Positions 7,945 through 16,181 of a stretch of 23,199 nt of DNA are shown here, piece by piece. Position 1 is the first letter of the stretch. Each line of letters opens with the position of its first letter. The notes under the pieces are model-generated. The model worked only from the letters and a program-made list of their open reading frames with translations, was not told the DNA's origin and ran no database searches. The DNA lies in contig JAVYME010000021.1 of the NCBI GenBank assembly GCA_038736825.1, positions 1 to 23,199 of the forward strand, written 5' to 3'. The stretch is from Candidatus Iainarchaeum sp. GTDB lineage: Archaea; Iainarchaeota; Iainarchaeia; Iainarchaeales; DTGL01. The position numbers were made by a program, and so were the translations under genes.

Positions 7945-8499
7945 ATGAAAAAAGACATTGTTTTGTGCGGGGTTGGAGGGCAAGGCATTCTCACGATTTC
8001 CCGCATTATTGTAATGGCGGCACAAAAAGAAGGCTTTTTCTTCAAGCAAGCTGAAGTTCACGGCATGAGCCAGCGCGGCGGCTCTGTTTACGCACACCTC
8101 AGGCTTTCCAGAAAAAAAATATTCTCCCCAATAATTCCTGTAGGGGAAGCGGATTTAGTGCTTTCAATGGAACCACTTGAAGCGCTAAGGCACGCACATT
8201 ATTTGAAAAAAAACGGTTTACTGGTTTCAGCTTCAAAAAAACTGCCCAACATTGAATACGATGAAAACACAGTATTGGCAGAAATAAAGCGCCTTAAAGG
8301 CTGCTTGATTGATTCAAGGCTGTTGGCGGAAAAAGCAGGCAGTGCTCTTTCAGAAAACATGGTTTTGCTTGGAGCAAGCGTTAAAGCCATTGGGTTAAGG
8401 AAAGAACTCCTTGAAACAGCAATCCAAGAAGCCTTTTCTTCAAAAAAAGAAATTGCAGAAACCAACCTTAAAGCCTTCAGGCTGGGATTTTCAAGGTGA
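7945..8499 (+). CDS. iorB: Indolepyruvate:ferredoxin oxidoreductase beta subunit
   Basis: 184 aa. IVLCGVGGQGILTISRII...EVHGMSQRGGSV is the pyruvate/2-oxoacid oxidoreductase gamma-type domain typical of IorB. Confidence 0.85.
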   Translation: MKKDIVLCGVGGQGILTISRIIVMAAQKEGFFFKQAEVHGMSQRGGSVYAHLRLSRKKIFSPIIPVGEADLVLSMEPLEALRHAHYLKKNGLLVSASKKLPNIEYDENTVLAEIKRLKGCLIDSRLLAEKAGSALSENMVLLGASVKAIGLRKELLETAIQEAFSSKKEIAETNLKAFRLGFSR

Positions 8500-8503
8500 A
8501 AAA

Positions 8504-8845
8504 ATGAAAGCACTCCTTTTGGCTTTTTTGGGCTTTCTTGTTTTCGCAAGCGGTTGCAGTGTTCAATCCCAGCAAAACCCAGAGCAAAAAAAGGAAGTGC
8601 TTTCACCCTCTCCAATTGTTTCTGGCACTCAAAAGAATTGCATTTCAGTTCAACAATTGGAAAGCGCTAGTGCTTGCTGGGTTGCAGTTGACGGCATTGT
8701 TTATGACATGACTGGCATGAAGAGATGGGAGACTGGAAAGCATTTCAATTACAAGTGCGGGGATTCGCTTTCACTTAAAACCCTGCCTTCAAGTCATTCC
8801 AATGCAAAATATTATGGGCCAAGGGTTGGCGAATTGTGCAAGTGA
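8504..8845 (+). CDS. Lipoprotein with a cytochrome b5-like heme/steroid-binding domain
   Basis: ORF 8411-8845. I prefer ATG 8504 (MKALLLAFLGFLVFASGC), which gives a signal peptide plus the lipobox A-S-G-C (Cys codon at 8555-8557). CWVAVDGIVYDMTGMKRWETGKH...CGDSLS...SSHS resembles prokaryotic cytochrome b5-like domains (VYDVT...W..G.H). Confidence 0.65.
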   Translation: MKALLLAFLGFLVFASGCSVQSQQNPEQKKEVLSPSPIVSGTQKNCISVQQLESASACWVAVDGIVYDMTGMKRWETGKHFNYKCGDSLSLKTLPSSHSNAKYYGPRVGELCK

Positions 8846-8846
8846 T

Positions 8847-10466
8847 TCAAAACCCTTGCCCTATGGTTTGCACTATGTTTTTTGCGTGATCGCTTACCCT
8901 TTCAAGGTTTAATGCAGCCTCTAACAGGCATGCCTGGCAAGTGCTTGGCTTTGCTTTTTTTCCGGTTTCAAGTTTTTCTTGAAGGATTCTTTGCAGGTTG
9001 TCCAGTTTTTTCTCCACTTCAAAAACCGTTTCAAAATATTTTTTGTCCCTTGTTTTTATTGCCTTAGAGCATGCTTCAAAACCAGTTATTGCAAGCAAAA
9101 AATATTCTTTCAGTTCGCTTTTTTCTTTTGCGCTAAAAACAGAATTGCTCTTGTTCATTCTTTCAGCCAACTCGAAAAGATTGTTTGCATGGTCTCCAAC
9201 GCGCTCTATGTCTATGACATGCCCTTTGAGTATTGCCACTTCGCTTCTTTGTTTTCCGGATAACTCTCTTTTGCTGAGCTCTTCAAGCATCAAGAAAAGA
9301 CTGGTTTTTATTTCGTCAAGGCATTCTTCTTTTTCAGGAATTGCCATGGCTTTATCCATGTTTTCTTCCACGAGAGCTTTCCTTGAAAGGGTTAGCATTT
9401 CTAGCGCTATTTCAGCCATGCGCTCCACTTCCCTGGCAATCTGACCTATTGCGACAGCAGGCATTGCCATTATGCTTTTGTTGACAAATTTCAAGCCCTG
9501 TTCTGTTTTTTGCTCTTCGCCTTTAACGATTTTTTTTGAAAGCCATACCAGAAAGGCGGAAAAGGGAAGCATTATTGCAGTGACAATTAGGTTGAATGCA
9601 GTGTGCGAGTTTGCAATCTGTCTTGCAATGTCTCCTGGAGCGGTTAATGCAATAAGGGAAGCAAAATTGGAAATGAATGGAAAAAACAAGGCAACGCCGA
9701 TTATGTTGACTGCTGCTTGTGCCACAGCAAGCCTTTTCGCTGAAAGCCTTGAACCAATTGCTGCCAAAAGCCCTGTAACTGTTGTTCCAATGTTTGCTCC
9801 AAAGGTTAACGCTATAGCGGCTGGAAGCGTGAGAGCTCCAGCTGAACCCATTGCAATCACCAGCCCAGTTGTGGCTGAAGAGCTTTGGATTATGCCTGTA
9901 AAGACAGCGCCAGCCAAAACTCCAAAGAGAGGGTTTTCGCCAAAAAATGCAAGGATTGAAACTATTTCAGGCTCTTTTGTGAGCGGTTTTACCCCTGAAG
10001 ACATCAAGTTCATTGCAAGGAAAAGCAATCCAAAACTGAAAAGAATGTTGCCCAAATCCTTGTACGCTTCTTTTTTTGCAAAAAAAGAAATAAAAAAACC
10101 GACAGCCATTAAAGGAAAGAAAAACAATCCTATTTGGAAAGCAACAATTTGCGCTGTAATTGTGGTGCCTATTTCTGCACCCAACATCACCCAAATTGCT
10201 TGTTCAAGGCCAATCAAGCCTGCATTCAAAAAACCAATCAGTGTAACCATCATCATGGAGGAACTTTGAATTATTGTGACAACCATTGCGCCAATGCCAC
10301 AAGCTCGCAGCCTGCTTTTTGTGAGCTTTCCAAGCAATTCCTTCAAGCGATCGCCTGCAACCCGCTTAAGGGAATCCGACAAAAAATTAATGCTGAAAAG
10401 GAAAAGCGCGAGCCCGCCAGCAACAGAAAACAAAACCGAAACTGCATCGATTGCCATAAAATTCAC
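8847..10466 (-). CDS. Na+/phosphate cotransporter family protein with a C-terminal PhoU-like domain
   Basis: 539 aa. GLALFLFSINFLSDSLK...IQSSSMMMVTLIGF...LGAEIGTTITAQ and a second IQSSSATTGLVIA...FGANIGTTVT repeat are present, followed by a helical C-terminal half. The GTG start at 10466 overlaps the paaK stop (GTGA); ATG 10457 is an alternative. Confidence 0.88.
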   Translation of the reverse strand: MNFMAIDAVSVLFSVAGGLALFLFSINFLSDSLKRVAGDRLKELLGKLTKSRLRACGIGAMVVTIIQSSSMMMVTLIGFLNAGLIGLEQAIWVMLGAEIGTTITAQIVAFQIGLFFFPLMAVGFFISFFAKKEAYKDLGNILFSFGLLFLAMNLMSSGVKPLTKEPEIVSILAFFGENPLFGVLAGAVFTGIIQSSSATTGLVIAMGSAGALTLPAAIALTFGANIGTTVTGLLAAIGSRLSAKRLAVAQAAVNIIGVALFFPFISNFASLIALTAPGDIARQIANSHTAFNLIVTAIMLPFSAFLVWLSKKIVKGEEQKTEQGLKFVNKSIMAMPAVAIGQIAREVERMAEIALEMLTLSRKALVEENMDKAMAIPEKEECLDEIKTSLFLMLEELSKRELSGKQRSEVAILKGHVIDIERVGDHANNLFELAERMNKSNSVFSAKEKSELKEYFLLAITGFEACSKAIKTRDKKYFETVFEVEKKLDNLQRILQEKLETGKKAKPSTCQACLLEAALNLERVSDHAKNIVQTIGQGF

Positions 10467-11794
10467 ATTTTCCTCTTGTCAATCACGCGTTTTGCTTTTC
10501 CCTCGCTTCTTGGCAGCAATCCTGGTTCAACAAGTTTCAAGTCAGCCTTGATCTGCAATACTGATTCAAGTTTGTGGGAAAGCCTTTTGAGAAGGCTTGC
10601 CTCAATTTCATTCTTTTTAGCAAAAGATTCTTTGCTCATTTCAATTTCAACTGCAAGAGTGTCAAGATTGTTAACCCTGTCAACCGTTATCTGGTAGAAT
10701 GGCTCCAATTCCGGCATTTCAAGGACAACTGATTCTATTTGTGATGGAAAAACATTCACTCCACGGATTATCAGCATGTCATCTGTTCTGCCAGAAATCC
10801 TTTCAATTCTGGGATGAGTGCGCCCGCACTCGCATTTTTCCAAGTAAAGCTTTGAAATGTCTTTAGTGCGATACCTTAGCACTGGAAAGCCCTCTTTTGT
10901 GATTGTAGTGAAAACAAGCTCGCCCTCTTCCTCTGGGCCAAGCACTTCCCCAGTCTTTGAATCAATTATTTCCGGAATAAAATGGTCGTCAAAAACATGC
11001 AATCCGTTTTGTTTTTCGCATTCTGCTGCAACCCCTGGCCCTATGACCTCGCTCAATCCATACATGTCAAAAGCCTTTATTCCCATGCGCGATTCAATTT
11101 CTTTTCTCATGTTGTTGCTCCAAGGCTCAGCGCCAAACAAACCGCACTTCAATTTTATTCTGTTTTTGTCCACATTCATTTGCTCCATTGAGCCATAAAG
11201 GTAAAGGGAATAAGAGGGCGTGCAGCAAAGCACTGTAGTGCCAAAATCCTGCATTAACATTATTTGCCTTTCAGTGTTGCCTGTTGCAATTGGCACCACT
11301 GTTGCGCCAATTTTCAAGCCACCGTAATGGAATCCAAGCCCTCCAGTGAACAAGCCATAACCGTAAGCGTTTTGGATTATGTCTTTAGATGTAACGCTTG
11401 CAGCAGTGAAAGCGCGAGCCATCACTTCAGCCCACACCTTTTCAACATCGTTTTTAGTGTAACCCACAACAATTGGCTTTCCGGTTGTGCCAGAGGAAGC
11501 GTGAACCTCTATTATTTTTTGCAATGGCTCTGTGAACATGCCAAAAGGATAAGTGTCCCTTAAGTCTGTCTTGCTCGTGAAAGGAATCCGTGAAAGATCT
11601 GAAATTTTTTTCAGCTTTGAAGGAGAAAAATTGGCTTCCTTGAACCTTTTTTTATAAAAAGGGTTTTTTGCACACCTTGCAACCACCCATTTCAATCTCT
11701 TTAATTGCAGTTTTTCCCTTTCCCTTACCTTCATTGTTTCCATTTTTTTATTCCAAAACACTTTAAGCCCTCCAAAAAATGCAGACAATCGCAT
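10463..11794 (-). CDS. paaK: Phenylacetate-CoA ligase (PaaK / coenzyme F390 synthetase family, AMP-forming)
   Basis: 443-aa maximal ORF. FWNKKMETM..REKLQLKRLKWVV...NPFYKKRF...LSRIPFTSKTDLRDTYPFGMF...EVHASSGTTGKPIVVGYTKND matches the family N terminus. The true start may be GTG 11761 (giving MFWNKKMETM) because a TATA-like box lies at about 11803-11812. Confidence 0.88.
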   Translation of the reverse strand: MRLSAFFGGLKVFWNKKMETMKVREREKLQLKRLKWVVARCAKNPFYKKRFKEANFSPSKLKKISDLSRIPFTSKTDLRDTYPFGMFTEPLQKIIEVHASSGTTGKPIVVGYTKNDVEKVWAEVMARAFTAASVTSKDIIQNAYGYGLFTGGLGFHYGGLKIGATVVPIATGNTERQIMLMQDFGTTVLCCTPSYSLYLYGSMEQMNVDKNRIKLKCGLFGAEPWSNNMRKEIESRMGIKAFDMYGLSEVIGPGVAAECEKQNGLHVFDDHFIPEIIDSKTGEVLGPEEEGELVFTTITKEGFPVLRYRTKDISKLYLEKCECGRTHPRIERISGRTDDMLIIRGVNVFPSQIESVVLEMPELEPFYQITVDRVNNLDTLAVEIEMSKESFAKKNEIEASLLKRLSHKLESVLQIKADLKLVEPGLLPRSEGKAKRVIDKRKM

Positions 11795-11843
11795 TTATTG
11801 GAAAATAAAGGCTTAAAAAAGAAAGCCACTGCAATTCCCTATT

Positions 11844-12686
11844 GTGAGCGAACCAATTCAAAAAGTCCTTCTAGTGGACTACGATGGGCCTCTTGCAAAA
11901 AACCTCAAGCTTGACAGTGCTGCATTTGAAAGACTGGCATGCCTTGCAATTGAAGGCTTTAAGATTGCAGTGATTACTGGAAGAACTCCAGCATACATGA
12001 AAGAATTCATGCAAGCTGCAGAAAAATCAGGAATTGCTGGAAAAATAGCGCTTTTTTGCGAGCACGGCTGCATTGAATGCTCTTTTTCTAGGGGAAAATG
12101 GATTCAAAAAGTGTTAAACACAAGCTTTCCGCACTGGAAAAAAGAAAGAGCAACAATAAAAGAAGCCTTAAACAACACTGTTTTGCCCCAAGGCTTTCAG
12201 GGAGAGAGAAGCATTACAATAGCCTCGCTTTTCTTCAATTCCAGTGATCCATCCAAAGTACGACAATTACAACAAACAGTTGCCCTAAAAGTGAAAGAAA
12301 TAAACCTTTCTGGAAAGACAAAAACAAGACTGATAGCAATTCCAAGCAGGCACGGAATAGAGGTTTTGCCAGAAAAGGCAACAAAAAGCCATGCTGCTGA
12401 AAGATTCCTTGAAAGGATTGAAAGCCCATGTGCAGGTTTTGCCTTTGGAGACCTTTTTTCTGACAGGCTAATGGCAAGAGACCCAAGAATAAAGTTTGTG
12501 CCTACAAGAAACCCAAAACAGTTTTTAGAAAAAACCGAAAACCTTGCAAAAAAATTGCAGGCAAGCGCTATTGAAAGGCAAAGAAAAATGTCCCGCGCGC
12601 GCCTTGCACAAACCCAATCCCTTAAAAAAAAAGCAAAAAAATGGACAGGCAAGCCGGGAAAACCAATTCAAAAAAGAAGGCTTTGA
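11844..12686 (+). CDS. HAD-IIB family phosphatase (trehalose-phosphatase / sugar-phosphatase-like) with a long basic C-terminal tail
   Basis: 280 aa from GTG 11844. The HAD motifs are present: I LVDYDGPL, II VITGR, III K in EKATKSHA, IV FGDLFSD. The last ~45 aa are rich in Lys and Arg. Confidence 0.68.
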   Translation: MSEPIQKVLLVDYDGPLAKNLKLDSAAFERLACLAIEGFKIAVITGRTPAYMKEFMQAAEKSGIAGKIALFCEHGCIECSFSRGKWIQKVLNTSFPHWKKERATIKEALNNTVLPQGFQGERSITIASLFFNSSDPSKVRQLQQTVALKVKEINLSGKTKTRLIAIPSRHGIEVLPEKATKSHAAERFLERIESPCAGFAFGDLFSDRLMARDPRIKFVPTRNPKQFLEKTENLAKKLQASAIERQRKMSRARLAQTQSLKKKAKKWTGKPGKPIQKRRL

Positions 12687-12812
12687 AAAAAAGCAATTTG
12701 TTTTATTATTTTTGTTTCACTATTAAAATCTTACACTGGAAAAAACTTTCAAAAAAACCACAGAAAAGCATTAAAACCATTCAACAGTTTTCCTCTAAAA
12801 AAAGGTGTTTGA

Positions 12813-15488
12813 GTGAACCAAGAACAACTAAAAAAACTCTTCAACCCGCAATCCATTGCAGTAATAGGCGCAAGCAACACCCCCGGCAGCGTTGGCTTGG
12901 CATTAATGAAAAACCTGGTTGGCTCAGGCTTTGAAGGAACAATCTTTCCAGTAAACCCAAAAAGAAAAAACGTTATGGGAATCCACTGCTATAAAAGCGT
13001 GCAAGAAATACCTGAAACACCGGAAATGGCAATAATAGCAATTCCAGCAATTGCAGTGCCATCAATAGTAAAAGAATGCATTGCAAAAGGAACCAAAGCC
13101 TTTGTGGTTTTAAGCGCTGGCTTTGGAGAAATCGGCGAAGACGGAAAAAAAATAGAACTAGAACTAAAAAAAATAATTGACGAAAACAATTGCGCTCTCT
13201 TGGGACCAAACTGTTTGGGTTTCATAAGACCAGACATAAAACTCAACGCAAGCTTTGCCACAAGAAACGCTTTACCTGGAAAAATAGCCTTAATAAGCCA
13301 GAGTGGCGCCCTATGCTCTGGAATCCTTGACTGGGCTTTAAAACAAGAGGTTGGCTTCAAATACTTTATCTCGGTTGGCGCAATGATTGACATCGGCTTT
13401 TCCGACCTAATAGACTTTTTCTCCTCAGACCCAGAAGTGCAATGCATTGTAATGTATGTTGAAACAATAAAAAACGCAAGAAAATTCATGAGCGCAGCAA
13501 GAGCCTTTTCCAGGAGCAGGCCAATAATTGTAGCCAAATCAGGAAAATACGGTGAAAGCGCCAAAGCAGCAATATCCCACACTGGTTCCATGGCTGGAAA
13601 CAGCGAGGTTTTTGACGCTGCCTTCAAGCGCGCAGGCATAATCCGTGTAGACACAATATTAGACATGTTCAATTGCTCTGAAGCACTGGCAAAACTGCCA
13701 TTGCCAAAAGGCAACAGGCTGGCAGTTGTAACAAACGCTGGCGGTCCAGGCGTAATGGCTGCAGATGCAATAATAGAAAACAAGTGCAGGCTTGCAAAAC
13801 TTTCACCGAAAGCAATGGCAGAACTGGAAAAAGAAATGCCAATGCATTGGAGCAGAAACAATCCAGTGGACATTTTAGGCGACTCTTTGCCTCCACGCTA
13901 TGGCAAAGCCTTGGAAATAATCGCGAGAGAAGAAGAGGTTGACGGCATAATAGTCATTTTTGCCCCTCAAGCAATATCCGAACCACTGGAAACAGCAAAA
14001 ACCGTCATAGAAGTCTGCAAAAAATACAACAAGCCAGTGCTTGCAGCATGGATGGGGGAAAGCTTTGTAGACGAAGCAAGAGAATATTTTAGAAAAAACA
14101 ATGTGCCAGACTATAGCACTCCAGAAGAAGCAGTAAAAGTCTTCAGCTACCTGTACTCTTACTCTGAAAACAGAAAACTCTTATACGAAACCCCAAAAGA
14201 AATACCCCTTAAAGTGAAAAAAGACAGCGCCCTAATAAAAAAAATAATCTCTTCCTATAAAAAAAACCACATTCCTGTAATGAACGAAAACGATTCCAAA
14301 AAAATCCTTGCACAATACGGTCTTCCAGTCAACGAAACCCTTTTCGCAAAAACCGCAAAAGAAGCAGTAAAAAACGCCAAAAAAATCGGTTTTCCGGTTG
14401 CAATGAAAATCTCCTCCAAAAAAATAACACACAAAACCGATGTAGGCGGAATAGAATTAAACCTTTTAACCGAAAGCGCAGTCATAAAAGCATTCCATGG
14501 ATTAAAAAAAAGAGTAAAAGAAAAAACAGGCATTTCAATAGAAGGAGTAAGCATACAACAAATGGTGAAATCAACAGGGCCGGAAGTGATAATTGGGGCA
14601 AGCAGAGACCCAATATTTGGCTCCATCATTCTTTTCGGGGCAGGCGGAATATCAGTGGAACTCTATAAAGACAAAGCCATTGCATTGCCACCATTAGACC
14701 AAACCCTTGCAAAGAACTTGATTGAGGAAACAAAAGTCAGCAAAATGTTGAAAGGCTTTAGAGGAAAGCCCCCGGTTAACATGCCAGAACTTGAAAGGAT
14801 TTTAGTGCATTTTTCCAAGCTGGTTGTAGACTATCCTGAAATAAAAGAAGTGGACTTGAATCCAGTGATTCCCTCAGAAGACAAACTGTTTGTAGTGGAT
14901 GCAAGAATTGTGCTGGACTTGGAATTTGAAAAAACAGAGCAAAACAAGTTTTCACATCTTGCAATAATGCCCTATCCAGAACACTTGACAAAAGAAGTAA
15001 GGCTCTTGAACGGAGCAAAAGTCAAATTGCGCGCAATAATGCCAGAAGACGAGCCAAGGCACCTTGCAATGCTGAGAAAGTTTTCCCCAAAAACAGTAAG
15101 GCAAAGGTTTTTCCACATGGTGCGAGACTGGGACCACGAAGCACTCATAAGGTATTGCTTTAACGATTACGACCGAGAAATAGCAATTGTGGCTGAAAGA
15201 GGCAAAGGCGAGCAAAGGGAATTGCTTGGAGTTGTAAGAATAATGAGCGATCCAGGAAAAAACACAGCAGAATTCGCAATAGTTGTCACAGATGAATGGC
15301 AAAGAAAAGGCTTGGGCACAATAATGTTGCGATACATAATGGACATTGCAAGGCAAAAAGGGCTTTCCAAAATCTGGGGGCACGTATTAGTGGACAACGC
15401 AGAACTAGTCAGCATTTTGCACAAAGAAAAATTCTCCTTTTCAACCTCAGAAGACAAGGGAGTGTACTATGTTGAAAAACCCTTATAA
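12813..15488 (+). CDS. ADP-forming acetyl/acyl-CoA synthetase (fused alpha-beta) with a C-terminal GNAT acetyltransferase domain (Pat/YfiQ-like architecture)
   Basis: 891 aa from GTG 12813, preceded by AGGTG. It has a CoA-binding N terminus (LFNPQSIAVIGASNTPGSVG), a phosphohistidine-loop motif SHTGSMAG (His codon at 13578-13580), an ATP-grasp region (GFPVAMKISS..ITHKTDVGGIELNL) and GNAT motif A (VTDEWQRKGLGTIML). Confidence 0.9.
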   Translation: MNQEQLKKLFNPQSIAVIGASNTPGSVGLALMKNLVGSGFEGTIFPVNPKRKNVMGIHCYKSVQEIPETPEMAIIAIPAIAVPSIVKECIAKGTKAFVVLSAGFGEIGEDGKKIELELKKIIDENNCALLGPNCLGFIRPDIKLNASFATRNALPGKIALISQSGALCSGILDWALKQEVGFKYFISVGAMIDIGFSDLIDFFSSDPEVQCIVMYVETIKNARKFMSAARAFSRSRPIIVAKSGKYGESAKAAISHTGSMAGNSEVFDAAFKRAGIIRVDTILDMFNCSEALAKLPLPKGNRLAVVTNAGGPGVMAADAIIENKCRLAKLSPKAMAELEKEMPMHWSRNNPVDILGDSLPPRYGKALEIIAREEEVDGIIVIFAPQAISEPLETAKTVIEVCKKYNKPVLAAWMGESFVDEAREYFRKNNVPDYSTPEEAVKVFSYLYSYSENRKLLYETPKEIPLKVKKDSALIKKIISSYKKNHIPVMNENDSKKILAQYGLPVNETLFAKTAKEAVKNAKKIGFPVAMKISSKKITHKTDVGGIELNLLTESAVIKAFHGLKKRVKEKTGISIEGVSIQQMVKSTGPEVIIGASRDPIFGSIILFGAGGISVELYKDKAIALPPLDQTLAKNLIEETKVSKMLKGFRGKPPVNMPELERILVHFSKLVVDYPEIKEVDLNPVIPSEDKLFVVDARIVLDLEFEKTEQNKFSHLAIMPYPEHLTKEVRLLNGAKVKLRAIMPEDEPRHLAMLRKFSPKTVRQRFFHMVRDWDHEALIRYCFNDYDREIAIVAERGKGEQRELLGVVRIMSDPGKNTAEFAIVVTDEWQRKGLGTIMLRYIMDIARQKGLSKIWGHVLVDNAELVSILHKEKFSFSTSEDKGVYYVEKPL

Positions 15489-15529
15489 AAAAAACCAATT
15501 CATGGAATTAAAAGCTGGGCTGATAAAAA

Positions 15530-16171
15530 ATGCTTGAATTTTTCACAATTTCCTTTTTTTCGGTTTTCCTTGTAGTTGACGCTTTGGGCAACCTTCCACT
15601 GTTCATTACCCTCTTAAACCGCTTCAACCAAAAAGAACGCATAAAACTGATAAGAAAAAGCTTTTTTGTAGCACTAGTGCTTTTTTATATCTTCAGTTTT
15701 TTTGGCAAATACATTTTTGAAATATTAAGCATAGAATTCTACTCTTTTTACATTGCAGGCGGCTTACTGCTTTCAATAATCGCCCTTGAAATGCTGCAAG
15801 GAAAAAGAGTGGAAACAAGGTCCTCAGAAAAAGAAGAAGAGCTCATGGCGGAAAAAGAACACTTGGCAATCACACCATTAGCAATACCCCTCTTGACAGG
15901 CCCTGGTGCAATAACCACTGGCTTGCTTTTGTTTGAAAGCATTGGATTGCATGCCAACATTTCAAACATTGCAAGGCTTGCTGAATTCATGATTGGCACT
16001 TTCTTGGCATACCTTTTATCATACTTTATTCTTTCAAGGTCAATTTTTTTCAGCAAATTGCTTGGCGACCTTGGATTGAAAGTAATGGCAAGAGTAATGG
16101 GTTTGCTCTTGCTTTCCCTTGGGATACAGTTTGTTTGCCGTGGAATAATCCAGTTCATGGCGGCAATGTAA
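15530..16171 (+). CDS. MarC family (UPF0056) integral membrane protein
   Basis: 213-aa polytopic protein. The N-terminal FLVVDALGNLPLFITLL and AITPLAIPLLTGPGAITT are the two signature segments of MarC-family proteins. Confidence 0.82.
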   Translation: MLEFFTISFFSVFLVVDALGNLPLFITLLNRFNQKERIKLIRKSFFVALVLFYIFSFFGKYIFEILSIEFYSFYIAGGLLLSIIALEMLQGKRVETRSSEKEEELMAEKEHLAITPLAIPLLTGPGAITTGLLLFESIGLHANISNIARLAEFMIGTFLAYLLSYFILSRSIFFSKLLGDLGLKVMARVMGLLLLSLGIQFVCRGIIQFMAAM

Positions 16172-16181
16172 ACCAAAAAGC

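Noticed and set aside
8411-8503. Upstream extensions of ORFs in the track: 8411 for the b5-like gene, 4475 for the membrane protein, 17655 for the Trx-DsbD gene, 17645 for aIF5A, and 375 for the PPC gene
   Set aside because: The extensions overlap the preceding gene or a promoter region and add non-conserved residues. Internal ATGs give proper signal peptides or canonical N termini and are preceded by Shine-Dalgarno or TATA signals.
12588-12686. Independent small basic ORF (MSRARLAQTQSLKKKAKKWTGKPGKPIQKRRL) at the end of the HAD gene
   Set aside because: It is in frame with and contiguous to the HAD ORF, with no separate initiation signal. I treat it as a C-terminal tail; see the finding on homopolymer runs.
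12989-13873. Long antisense ORFs inside well-supported genes. Examples: 294 aa at 12989-13873 (minus), 265 aa at 9472-10269 (plus), 192 aa at 1687-2265 (minus), 187 aa at 10134-10697 (plus), 151 aa at 12197-12652 (minus).
   Set aside because: Each lies entirely opposite a gene with clear family motifs. Their translations are low-complexity (rich in Ser, Leu, Phe or Arg) with no recognisable motifs. They are typical shadow ORFs of AT-rich coding DNA.
15489-15529. Small hairpin AATTC-ATG-GAATT between the ACD-GNAT gene and marC
   Set aside because: It has only a 5-bp AT-rich stem with a 3-nt loop. That is too weak to call a terminator or regulatory structure.
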